From Anthoceros angustus (lineage: Eukaryota > Plantae > Anthocerotophyta): 64,000 nucleotides of DNA. The stretch spans positions 1,860,001 through 1,924,000 of the forward strand of contig MU008161.1 in NCBI GenBank assembly GCA_010909165.1. Direction: 5' to 3'. The notes beneath the pieces were generated by a model. That model worked only from the letters and a program-made list of their open reading frames with translations, was not told the origin of the DNA and did not search any database. Numbering within the stretch: position 1 is the stretch's first letter; each line of letters starts with the position of its first letter. The position numbers were made by a program, and so were the translations under genes. Positions 47,054-58,975 of the stretch are shown here, piece by piece.

Positions 47054-50000
47054 CTATCTCTTCCTCCGCTTGTGCTTCTTCTTGCCTGAGTGATTTGATT
47101 TCCCTGCCGGAGTCCCTTTCCTGCCCACTTTCCTTTTCACACCCAAGATGCCCGTAGCACCCCCGGCACCCCCGATTTCCCCTCGCCTTTTCTTTGCCTG
47201 TAAACACGGAGCAACAGTTCGTCACCAATCCATGCTTGTGAAGTCTTTCAGAGCAAACGCGCGGACTGTAAGCAGTCAGCTCAAACTGCACTTACATGAT
47301 CCACTTGGAATGTTTGCAAAGGGTCCACCTTCCTCCGTTTTCTTTTCCTGACTGTGTAGTTCTGTTTTGCTTGTCCGATAGCTTCATCTGCCAGCTTCAG
47401 AGATCTGCTGGCAGCCTCAACCGCCGGGTCTTGCAGATACTCCGGCACAGTTGAAAGATGCTGGGCGGGTGTTCTCTTACTCAGCACCTTGTCGTGCTGT
47501 AACAGTTCTGCAAGAAGTCGCAAGCAATCTTGTTAGCCCATGCCTTCCCACTTCAACACAAGCTTAGCTTCCGACCCAGGCTTACCTAGATCCTTGGGAT
47601 TGTCCTCAAAATGAGCCTTCAACCTGCACACGACACATCAATTCTACTGCACTGACTGATTCGAGAAGGCACAATGGCAGTATAGCAGAACTATCAACCT
47701 ACCTCTCTGAATTCAAGATCTCCATGCGTAATTCCTTGACTCGTGCTTCTTTCACAGCAAACATAGTTATCTTTCGAGCTACATCCTGAGAACACGAGAG
47801 CTATATCAGAATGATCTCTGAAACTCCGTGAAGAGGGCCAAAAATGTCACTAGCCACGACAAAAACGGTGATGAACTTCACCTCAGCCCTGTATCTCAAA
47901 GATTCAACAGCAGCTTTTGTCAGCAGGGGGTACTCCAATATCTGCTTCCTTTTATCATCGACCTCATCCCCATCATCCAATGCTGATTCGATCTCATTCA
48001 ACATTTCTTCATCTTTGGGTCCAACCTACAAAACTCACCATATCACGTAAGGAAGTTCTGCATGACGTGCATTCAGAGCAACATGGAAGTTCCACCGCAA
48101 GCACTCACCAGCGTGATAGCAACACCACTTTGTCCTGCTCTCCCTGTCCGACCTACGCGATGAATATACCCGGCTGTATCAGCCGCCATATCATAGTTGA
48201 TGACCTACACAATGATGCAGATGGCAGGCATGGGTGGACCTTCAGAGCAATAAAACTAAACCAACTGACATTCCACAATCCCACAAAATGTCCGTGTCAA
48301 CAATAAACTGCATGGCTAAAACTCCAGTCATGCGCCTGATATGCTACGTTTCACTTTGGCATCTCCGACTGTGACCTCTGGAGAAGTACTCATCACCCGA
48401 GGAGTATCTGTCAGATGCGCTGCAGCTCGATTTCACTTGCCTAATTGAGCTCAGGTCAACATGTCTCTGGAGGTTATTACCGTGCGGACATTCCTGAAGT
48501 CTATTCCACGCACAACTCCAAACTCCGCATCTGCTGCAACCCTTTTCCGCCCCTTGCTAGATCCATCGGAGGAGCGTACAAGATCTTCCTCGACCTTCTC
48601 ATCCTGCTTGTCTTGAACCGCAGTACAAGTCCCATCATCTGTTGCGATCAGGTAGTCGAACACCCCTGCATTGAACTCCTGCAGGCACATGAACTCTGTG
48701 AGATCAGCGCACAGATACAAGGACCAATCAGGTGTGATTGTAAGGCACCTTGCCTGGAATATCACTTATTGGCAATCCACACCTGCAGAATGTGGAACCG
48801 TGAGTTCTGAGGCAGCTCAGCATTAAGAACTGCTGTTCTTATCCCAAACTACACAAGGAGCACACAAATTGATCAATATCCTGCAAAGACAAACATGAGC
48901 CCATGCATAGATTCAAAGTTTCACTCAAACTTCCAGAAAGCTACCTGTTCAAGCACAAGCTTTAGTCGAAAGCCTGTGTTGATAGCATTAACAAAGAAAA
49001 GGGCCTTCTTGCGGACCAGCTCAAACCGCAGGAGCGCCAGAAGATGTAGAATCTTGTCGTTTTCCTTGCACTTGATCTAAGATGAGCAGCAAGCAAGAGA
49101 ATAGGATTACTACTGAACCGTTAACACTTTTGGAGATCACATCATAAGTTCACAACATGAATCCCATACCTGAAACTGCTGAACTGTTTTCGGAACCAAA
49201 GGTCCATCCATAGATCCTGGGGCTTCCATCAGGGTGAGAGTGACAGGATTGTGAAGCACAAGTTTCTTCAACTTGTCCACCTCAGCACTGTCAATACGTT
49301 GGAGTCTTGTCAGTACACTGCACCCTCACGCTCATACACCGCCATCAGGAATAGCAACAACCAAGGGCCACACCTTGAAGTAGCAGACATGAGGAGGCAC
49401 TGACACTGACGAGGTATGTGGGGGGCGAGCCTCCTTAAATCATCCTCATATCCAAATGAAAGCAAGCGATCCGCCTGCAAGAGGGAAAACACGACAGTTC
49501 TTGACCCACTTTCCACAAAATCCCAATTCTGAAAGCCCACACACTACGATGACTTGCCTCATCCAGAACCAACGTGCGCAATGATTTCGCTAAAACGCTG
49601 GGCAAGAGTAGTTTTGCTTCCATGCAGGCAGCAATCCGCCCTGGAGTCGCAATAACAATGTCCGGTGGTCCACTCAAAGCTGCTCTCTGCATGCATATCC
49701 CGCAATACATCAGGACCCAGATGCGTTAAGAAGACCTAGGGCCCATACAAGCAATGCCAAGGAGGCACACCAGAGCAGCGGTGGACATCGTGCTTGTAAG
49801 CTGAACAGCATTGATAGGTGTACCACAGTGCTCCAACAGGGACGATAGAACGCCATAAACCTGCCATGTCCCATTCACAGGTTCACAAGTCAATCCTCCC
49901 CATCGTGGCCAACGGAAAACAGTCACAGAAACAGTGCTATGGCACCGATTCCACCCACCTGTGGACAAAGGTCGTAAGTGGGCACAAGCACAAATGCAGC

Positions 50001-50363
50001 CGGCCCTTCATGAAACCCCATACCCGCTTCTCCGAGGATCTTCTGAACAAGGGGTAGCAGATAAGCCAGAGTCTTCCCTGACCCCGTCACTGCCCGTGCA
50101 ACCACATCCCTGCCCTCCTGCGAGTCAACAAGCTGTGCTATTTGTAGTGTACCTCGTGTGAGCGTCGCACAGATGCAAACAGTGCAAGCAAGAAATCTCA
50201 CAAGTATTAGAGGAATCGCTTTGAGCTGAATTGGCGTAGGAGTCGCCAATCCCTGCTTTGCCAAAGCTCGAAGAAGGCGAGGATCCAGCCCCATGTCCTC
50301 AAACCCTAGCTCCTCATCCTCCTCGTCATCCTCGACATCCCGCATCCTCTCACGTGACTCCAT
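47054..50363 (-). CDS. RH16: DEAD-box RNA helicase, DDX56/DBP9 (plant RH16) orthologue, multi-exon
   Basis: [52 protein letters not shown]|[45 protein letters not shown]; lysine-rich last exon ends KKKHKRRKR*. Confidence 0.92.
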
Positions 50364-50445
50364 AGCAGACGTTCCCTGCGTCCCCCGTCCACGCTCCAAT
50401 CGTGCTCTCAACCGGAAGATATGTACGCTCTCTAGTCCCCGTCTT

Positions 50446-50606
50446 AAACCCTAAAACCATGATTCGTTATAGCGTTCAATTGCCTCAATTAGCGAATGCC
50501 TTGCAAGGGTTTCATATATAGGCTGCCTCAATTGCCTCAATTAGTGAATGCGTTGGTAGGGTCTAATATATAGGCTGCCTCAATTAGTGAATGCCTTGCT
50601 AGGGTT
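50446..50606. promoter_or_regulatory. Short divergent promoter with a telo-box and three repeats of about 45-55 bp
   Basis: AAACCCTAA at 50446-50454; gcctcaattag.gaatgc.ttg..agggt.t.atatataggct x3 (last copy partial). Confidence 0.6.
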
Positions 50607-50636
50607 TTGTATCCTGCATCTGTAGCTTGCTTGAAG

Positions 50637-52004
50637 ATGCCCTCTGTTGCAACGATGGAGCTGCGGCAATGTGTGGGATTCACAGCGTCTCCTCGGCAGG
50701 ATTGTTGCGTGTGCGCCTGTAGCTCGTCAATCAAGAATGTGGCCTGGAGGATTGCGTATAGGAATGGATTCCTCGGATGCAGCGTGGAGCCGCTCAGAGG
50801 AGGAAGGGAGGGAGGAAGAGGCGGGAACAAGGCGAGGGATGAGGCGGGGCTGTTGCCGGTGCCGCTGGCGAGAATCCAGTGGGGAGTGGATCGGAACCTG
50901 GACTCCGTGATAGAGAACGAGAAGAAGGTGAAGACGGCGATGCGGATCAGGACGCTGTTGATGCGGCAGCCGGAGGGAGTGATGTCGCTGCAGCAGCTCG
51001 GGGAGCAGCGGAGGTACCTCGGCCTGGCGCGGAAGAAGCGGTGCATCGATCTGCTGAAGAAGTATCCCGGAGTGTTCGAGCTTTTCCACTACGGCGGCCC
51101 GCTGCTGGTGCGGCTGACGCCGGAGGCGGAGCGGCATCTGCGGCTCGAGATGAAGGTCCGGGCGGACCTGGAGGCGTCGTTGGTGGAGAAGCTCCGCCGG
51201 CTGCTCATGATGTCGTTCGACAGGCGAATCTTAGTGGACAAGCTTTCGCAGCTGAAGCCCGATCTCGGCCTCCCGGACGACTTCCGGGACGGGCTCCTGC
51301 ACCAGCACCCGGAGTTCTTCAAGTGCGTCAAGACGGACGCGGGGACGGCTCTGGAGCTGGTGCTATGGGATCCGGCTCTGGCCGTGTCAGCCATGGAAAG
51401 GAAGCAACAGGAGCAGGAGCAGCAGGGAAGCAAGAAGCTGGATTTCCCGCAGGGCTACCGGGTGAAGGGACTGGACAAGAGGAAGATCGCGCGCTTCCAG
51501 GACATGCCGTACTTTTCTCCCTACGCGGACAGCACCGGGCTGGACCCGAACTCGTTTGAGGCGGAGAAGCATGCCGTAGGTGTGGTGCACGAGTTCCTCA
51601 GCCTGACGCTCGAGAAGCGTACTCGGATCGACTTCTTGACGCACTTCAGGAACGAGTACAAGTTCTCCCAGCGCCTTTACGCCATGCTTCTCCGGCACCC
51701 CGAGCTCTTCTACATCTCCAGGAAGGGGTACCGCGACTCCGTCTTCCTCCGCGACGCGTATAGGGGCGCGGACCTGATCGAGCGCGACCCCTTGCTGGTG
51801 GCTAAGGAGTTTCTGGCGGATCTGGCTTCCTCCAAAGCCATCTTCAAGGTGACGGACGAGAGGGAGACCGAAGAAGCAGACGAGGACGATTCCGGCAGTG
51901 AGCGGGAGTGGTCGGACGATGAGCAAGACGAACATTCTCCCACCAAACAGCTGGCCACTGCTACCCCTCCTTCCCCAAGGACAGAAAGACGAGATGCTTG
52001 GTGA
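50637..52004 (+). CDS. WTF1: PORR-domain organellar intron-splicing factor, WTF1-like, intronless (start codon uncertain)
   Basis: VEKLRRLLMMSFDRRIL, DLGLPDDF, LELVLWDPALAVS, YFSPY, EKHAVGVVHEFLSLTLEKRT, THFRNEYKFSQ, RHPELFYISRKG.RDSVFLRDAY. Confidence 0.88.
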   Translation: MPSVATMELRQCVGFTASPRQDCCVCACSSSIKNVAWRIAYRNGFLGCSVEPLRGGREGGRGGNKARDEAGLLPVPLARIQWGVDRNLDSVIENEKKVKTAMRIRTLLMRQPEGVMSLQQLGEQRRYLGLARKKRCIDLLKKYPGVFELFHYGGPLLVRLTPEAERHLRLEMKVRADLEASLVEKLRRLLMMSFDRRILVDKLSQLKPDLGLPDDFRDGLLHQHPEFFKCVKTDAGTALELVLWDPALAVSAMERKQQEQEQQGSKKLDFPQGYRVKGLDKRKIARFQDMPYFSPYADSTGLDPNSFEAEKHAVGVVHEFLSLTLEKRTRIDFLTHFRNEYKFSQRLYAMLLRHPELFYISRKGYRDSVFLRDAYRGADLIERDPLLVAKEFLADLASSKAIFKVTDERETEEADEDDSGSEREWSDDEQDEHSPTKQLATATPPSPRTERRDAW

Positions 52005-52280
52005 GACTTGCTTGCCGTTGTACAATAACCAGAACCGACCCATCCTACATTAAAAGCTAATTTATTTTCCCGCTCAGAATACATTTCCATGTCGCAGACC
52101 CGCATCTTTTGCGAGCCAACGAGCGGGACATTTCTAGCATAACCAGCTCAATCGGCTTACATGAACCATAACCACAACAGTTCCTTGCTAACACTCGAAG
52201 ATGATATAAAACTCTTACTCAACCTTTTATGCTCATATGGTAGTCTCACACGAACCTTAGGAGCAAAAAAGAGCAAAATT

Positions 52281-55200
52281 TCAGCGACTCCAGCGGTCGG
52301 CGTCCACGTTCCGCGGGGGAGGGGGCGCCGCATCGTACGAACCGTATCTTCTGGGGGGCACGCCGCGGCCGGGAGGCAGGTCCGAGCTCGTATTCCTGGG
52401 GGGCTCGTATCGCCTGGATGAGCCAGGGGGCTGGTACCTATCCCCGCCGGAGGACTTGGCACTGGGAGGCAGGTACCGGTCCCCGGCAGGAGCGGGCGCA
52501 GCAGGCCGGTCGACCCGGTCGGCCGGGGGAGCGTACCTGGAGTCCCTGTCCCTGTCTCGCTCACGCTCCCGGTCGGCCGGAGGAGCGTACCTGGTGTCCC
52601 TGTCCCTGTCCCGCTCACGCTCCCGGTCGGCCTGGTACCTCTCAAAGGAGGGCTGGAACCTCGGTGGACCTCCCGGGGGCTTGTCGGCGGGAGCCTTCCA
52701 GCTGTCCACCTCCCGCTCCCTGGAGTCCCGGTCTCCATCCTCAGGCTTGGGACGGCCAAATGACGGCACGAACCGGCCGGGCTTCGGATCGTCGACTCTG
52801 GAGGAAGAGAACGCCGCCTCCCGTTCGCGCTTGGCCCTCTCCTCTGCTTCCAGCTCTCTCTGCCGCTGCTTAGCAGCTATCTCATCCAGCTTGGCGCGGC
52901 GGTCAGCTTCGTCCTTCCTTTTGCGCTCTTCTTCTGCGGAGAAGGACGGGCATGGGAATGTGAGACCCAGTTGGTTCGGCGGGAGAGAATGTCGGTTTGA
53001 AAGCGAGGACAGGGTTGAAAAATACCTTCTCGCTTCCTGGCTTCCTCCTCTTCTCGGATGCGCAGGAGACGGGCCTCTTCTTGCTGGCGATAATATTCCA
53101 TCTTGCGGCGCTGCTCTCGCTCATGGCTGCGGAGACGTCTGGCCTCTTCCAGCTTCTCTTCCCTCTCCTTCTTGAGCCTTTCGAACTCACCGTGCCGTCG
53201 ACTCACCACGCGCTGCTGAAATTCTTCCTGATGAACACAAAGGGAAGATAGTGTCAGAGGGCAACTACTAGAGGGTCTACCTGGACAGAACTAAGTGAAG
53301 GAAGTAGCAAATGCATTGACCTTGTCCTCAGCCATCCGGATGAGCCTGTTTTTCTCCAAAAGATCCTCGGCGTGTTGCACCCTGCTTTGCTCCACAGTTT
53401 GCTGCCACATACATAAGGTTTCTTAGATTGCAGTCTAGAGGAAGGGTAAGGAGATAGTGTACTACACGACTAAGAAGGGAGCCCGTACCTGTTGCTGTTG
53501 TTTGTAGAAGACCTCATCATCGTCCAAGCGCTTCAAGTAGGCTTCCTCAATCAATGGCCTCTCCTCTTCACGCTTTGCTCTTTCAAAGTGGTCCATGGTC
53601 TTGGAAAGCTTTTGCAACTTGCGCTCCATCTCCTGTCTTTCCTTCATTTGCTCACTAAGAGCTTCCTCCATTAAGTGCTGCTTCGTCAGCTTCGTCACGT
53701 CCTGAAAAACAATATTCCATCGGCGTCAGAGGCCTGCCTGCATCAACATCCAGCAAGACGCATTGGTCTGCCAGACAGATACCCAAACTGCTACTTACCC
53801 CATCACCAATGGCTGCCTTCTTCCCTTTCCCTCGCTTCCTCTTTTCAGACTCCTGCAGAAGCAGACGAGCCTCTTCCAGTTCCTTCTCTTGAATCTCTTG
53901 CCTTATGCGAGCTTCCTCCCTCCTTGCAGACTCATTTGCTAGCCTCTTAGCTTCTGCCTCCTCTGTCAACCTCTGCTGCTTCAGCCTCTTCGACTCCTCC
54001 TCCCGTTCCTACACAAACCACAATTCTTCAGCATGAGGATACACTCCACAGTCTTGCACTGACTCTCTGATGAGAACAAGAGTGTTGCTCCACAACTAGC
54101 TCACCATTTCCAGCATGTGCCTTTCTTGTTCTTCCTTCCGCCTCTCAATGAGAACTTTTCGGGCCAACAATTTCTTGTGATCCTTCTCTACGATTGCAAG
54201 CAACTCGGAGAAGGGCTGAGTGAGCCTGGAGGGCCTCTCAACAGGCGGGGGGTGAATCAGGCTGATCGCCTTATTCAGTCTCTTTGCAAGGAGTGTCAGG
54301 TGATTCTTAACTTTCTCTGACTCAAGGTCCTAAGCACGCAGACACCAGCCATTAGAACGAGAAAGTAAAGCATAGCAAAACTATTCTCGCATACAGAGGA
54401 AAATGCACACGAAATACCTGACTTCCAAAGTGAAGAGTGCCCTTCCGATGGTCAAACTTGATTTGCAGGAAGTTGTACTTCACAGCATCCACGGCAAGCT
54501 TTTCAACAGTGGCAAAATCAAAAAAGGGTATCATCTTTGAAAGGCTTGTGATGTTGACCGTTTCATAAACTTGCGAAACCTGCAAACAAACCCACGTGTC
54601 ACAAGGACCATCTAACCACCCATAGCAACACTTGGCACAAAAATGCTGCACGGCAGGGAGACCTGCTGCAGCACTCGTAAAGTCGTCAGATTTTCCAAAG
54701 CTGGCACATATTGCTCCAGCTGAGCTTCCGGAACAGGAGATGCAGCTGAGAACTTGTCACTAAGCTTGGAGAGCCGAAGCATCAGTGGCTCAGCCTTTGC
54801 AGCAAGGTCCAACGGATGAAACTCGTTCTCCAATAGATTGTACAGGTCCTTTACTTCTTGTGCCACATAGGTCATGACACCCTTGGCTACCTGCAAAGCA
54901 GAGAGTTTTTTGTAAGATTCAAACTTGCAAACTTTGTGTACCATATGCTACCACCATAGACTCCCTATGTAGCAAGGATATGCTCCGAAACTCACCAGCT
55001 CCGACAGTAGTGCTCCTCGAGAAAGCTGCCAAAGAAGAACAATGGTGAGAAGCACATTCATGAGGTTTTAACTCTTGACACAATGACAGCATACCACAAC
55101 CCACTGAGACAACTTACAACTTCGCGAGTATCTCTCTTTGGATCCAGAGTAAAACCCAAAAGGTTTGCCATTCGGACATTGCGATCTTTCTCCATCTCCA

Positions 55201-56510
55201 GCTCAAAGTGATGTGCACCATGTCTCCTGTCATAAGGTGTAACAGCAAGAGTAGCTAACAACACAGACGAGGCCATTAACTGCAAATCCTTCTGGGTGAG
55301 GTTCTTGTTGTAGCTCTTCTGTAAGTTATATAATTTATACCACGCATATGCATGATACAGATTACTGTCGGACACCCAGAAAATTTTTGTAAGCTTGGCG
55401 TAATAGATAGCCATCATCTGGGGTTTTGGTGATTTCTTCACCATCGACATGAGTCCATGAATATCCTCAATAGAACGAAAAGCTTCCTGCACAACGCACC
55501 ACGGGTATTCAGCAAGCATGTCTTTCACAATGTTCCTAAGTGTTGAGGCATTACTGCCACGAGTCACCAAGCCAATACAATGACTCACCTGCCACAGCTC
55601 AAGCTCGGTGGCCACCTTCAGCTGCTCAAACCTGGTGTCCAGGTACAGCTGCAAACTTTCCGGCTGGGAGAGATCGGGTCGATCACGCTGGTCTCTGTAC
55701 TTGTTCAGGTTAGTGAGATGATTCCTCAGGATCTCACAGAGCCGACGAAACTCGGTAGTCCTCTTGTACTGCAAGCAAAACTGGAATGCCCTATGCGCTG
55801 TCATCTGCTCCAACCACCCAACAATGTAAGCCATAAACACCACCATCTCACAACCCCACATCCACAAATTCCCATCTTTGCAAGCCACTCGTACCGCATA
55901 GAGCGTCTCCAACTTGGAATTATTACGCAGAATCTCCAACACAGTCCGATACGTCTCCCATAAAAACTTAAACCAGGGAGTGACCAACTCCCTGTCCGAC
56001 CGCTCCTTCCCCTTCTCGCCACTAACATAGCTGAGCATCAGATCCTCCGGCCTCTTCTCAGCTTCCAAATCCTCCACGTCCAGCGCAACCTCGGCAGCCT
56101 GCGCCTGCGACTGCGCATGCTCCGCGCGGTCGCTGGACAGCTGCAGAAAGTGCTTGATCACCTCTTCCAGCGAGCTCACGTTCACTTGCTGGCACACTAT
56201 GCGGTACTGGATGAGCCCGTCCTTGGCAAACCTGCCCTTCCTCATCTCCACGCACAGCTCCACGTACTTGAACATGATTCTCTCTAACGTCTTCTGCCAT
56301 GCTCTATAGCGCTTGGAAGTGATCAGATCATGCAAAGCCTGCAAAGCTGCCTGCTTTTGGCCGACATTCATCAACTCTGCAGCCAAGCGATGCCGATTAG
56401 GTCGCCCACCACAAACCCCACGCTGCACCAGGCAATGCAATCGGAAGCAGCCGCAATCTCTTACCTTCAGCACGCTTCAGCGCGTTCTCGGGCTTCGCAA
56501 AGGTCGCCAT
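52281..56510 (-). CDS. EIF3A: Eukaryotic translation initiation factor 3 subunit A, multi-exon
   Basis: [15 protein letters not shown]|[71 protein letters not shown]-domain exons, coiled coil and R/D-rich tail ending DRWSR*. Confidence 0.96.
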
Positions 56511-56885
56511 GGCGACAGACTCGCAGAAGCTCGCAGGGCAAGCGAGGCGAGCTGTATAACACCGAGCCCCTGAAACCCTACTTTGGCCTTGGCCCTAAAG
56601 AGCAGACTTGCGAGCGGTCCGATTCACGGCCGCTACTCAAGGGGTCTCACACAACGCCGTGTTGTAATGGCTTAGGCCAAATAGAGAGATATTTATAAGA
56701 ACGCTGTTATTAAGCATCATGCACTTACATTGGTACTGAGATGGGGTCTTAAAGGGAGTGGATGCCTTTGGTGCAAGTAGTTCGGGCACACCATGGTACA
56801 AGTCCTTAAGTACCAAGTCCCATGACAAATTTCCATCCCAGTAGACTATAATATACTCTTCTTCTTCTAAAACAAATACTATAAA

Positions 56886-57490
56886 CAACTATGAAAATTA
56901 AATACCATAAACAGTTATGAAAAATAAATACCATAAATAGCTATGAAAAATAAATATCATGAAATGAGAGTTTTACATTTTTACGCAGTAACAGGGCAAG
57001 ATATCATAATAGGTATATTCAAGCTTGTTGTTGGAGATTATAACATTGTGTTACAATTTTTAGATGGTTACTTAGTGCTAGGACTTCATAACCTTGGGCA
57101 ACTTTTAGCTCTGGTTTCATGCTTCTTAGGTTATCTTAAAATAGAATTTTCTTCCAAACGTCATGAAAGATATCTTCATCTTAAAGTAGAATTTTCTTCC
57201 AAACCTCACGGGTCCTGCAATATGGCGCGGTACCTAATGAGACAAACTTGTCGTGCCGGTGTTCCCGTGCAAGTAAAACCGAGGTGTTCCCCTAGGCCAT
57301 CCCGAGTGAAAAGTGCAAGTAAAATCGAACTGGTGTTCCCCTAGGCCGTCCCGAGTGCAAAGTCCCAAAACTTGTAGGCTTCCCGAAATTCGGAGGCTCC
57401 CCCAAACTTGCAAGCTTCCCGAAACTTGATGGCATGCCGAAACTTGCTTGGAGGCATCCCGAAACTTGCAGTGTCCTGAAACTTGTAGCC
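56886..57490. repeat. Series of short tandem repeats upstream of the third Harbinger relic
   Basis: About 26 bp x3 (ctatgaaaaataaataccataa), about 47 bp x2 (gtgcaagtaaaa.cga..gtgttcccctaggcc.tcccgagtg), and several ccgaaacttg units. Confidence 0.8.
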
Positions 57491-57699
57491 TTGGAGGCTT
57501 TCGGCCACTCTACCTTTAAATTGTGTGGTTGGTATTCATTATGATGAGTGCAGAGGAATGCGTTGTTTCTTATCATCAATTTAATTGTTGGTTTCAGCCC
57601 GCCAGCAATTAGATTGGGGCAATGGTGAATACTTGACATGTCTTGGTGGTACAAGCCTATGCTTCTTTTTCTACTCACATGGTTTTCAATCATGAATCT

Positions 57700-58975
57700 T
57701 AAGTGGCAATCATGCCAGCTCTCCGGCAGAGTGTGATGGAAGTTCCCCGGGCAATACGTGTTGTGGTAGAACATACAAATGGCGCATGGCATCATGACGA
57801 TTTAATTAGCTTGGATGAGCAATGGCACAAGAAGTGCAGGATGTCATGGAGCTCTTTCTATGGGTTGGTAGCAAGTTGGACCCTTACCTCACCAAGAATT
57901 CTCTACGTGAACCACTAGATATATACCTTTATCGTGGCTTTTGTTTTACATAGGCTTGCAAAAGGACAATCCCCAGAAGATGTGGCAGGGAGCTTTTTCT
58001 GCGGGTTGGTAGATATGTTGAACCCTTCCCTCACCAAGAATTCTCCACGGAACCACTAGAAATATACCTTATTGTGGCTTTTGTTTTACGTAGCCTTCCA
58101 AAAGGACAATCCCCAGAAGATGTGGCAGAACATATACAGAGTAGGAGTGTCCATCGTTGTTCATTATATGCAATTGGTTACTAGAATTTTGGCCCATCCT
58201 CGTGCCCTTTGTGCTAGATTCATCAAGTGGCCATCATTAAAAAGACAAGCCGCAGTCCCCGGAGACTTCGGGGCAATCACTGGATTTCCAAACGTAGATG
58301 GGTCGATACACAATTGCCACATAAATAGTGGCAAAAGCTAGCGAGACAACACATCACTGCAGCTTACTAGTGCAGACATGAGCATTACACTGCAGGGAGT
58401 TGTAGATGAGTTTTTCAATCATGTGTCTTATACCACGCCAAGAGGTCAACATCATTCTATAGTGTTACGAGACAGTAGCATTTGGAAGAAGTTACTCCAC
58501 AAGACTATCATCTATGGCACCTTGCACGAAATGTTTCTTCAAGATCCTCCAGGCCTTAGACTTCAATGAAGAGGTCCATCTAGGGTACACATACCTCTGT
58601 ACCTACTCGGAGATATTACCTAGCCCTTACTCCCCCTTTCTTATGAAACCATTCAATCCTGGAAGTGGGCTCGAGAAAAAAATGTGGAACAAGAGCTTGA
58701 GCAAGGGCCACGTTAAAGTGAAGAACACATTTGCCATGCTGAAAAACAATTGGAGAATCCTTGAGAACATGAACAAGAAGCTAAAACATTGTAACCAAAC
58801 GAGTTGTTGCATGTTGTGCTCGCGAACTATTGTCAAATGTGCGGCGATCCACCTCCAAACAACATGCAAGGAGAAAGATACTCATGGCAGCCCAGAGGTA
58901 TGATTGTCGCTCTTTATGTCTAAGAAGGTAGACGCTTGGATTTGCAGCTAGAGGTAAGAAGTGAAACCTGAGCGG
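57700..58975 (+). mobile_element. PIF/Harbinger transposase pseudogene
   Basis: FIKWPS, GFPNVDGSI, SITLQGVVD, LYLLGD, FLMKPF, VKNTFAMLKNNWRILEN, VVACCALANYCQ; internal duplication of about 140 bp at 57889-58130. Confidence 0.85.

Noticed and set aside
50537-53175. Many alternative-frame and antisense ORFs over WTF1 and the eIF3a tail
   Set aside because: Shadows of GC-rich coding sequence with no recognisable domains.
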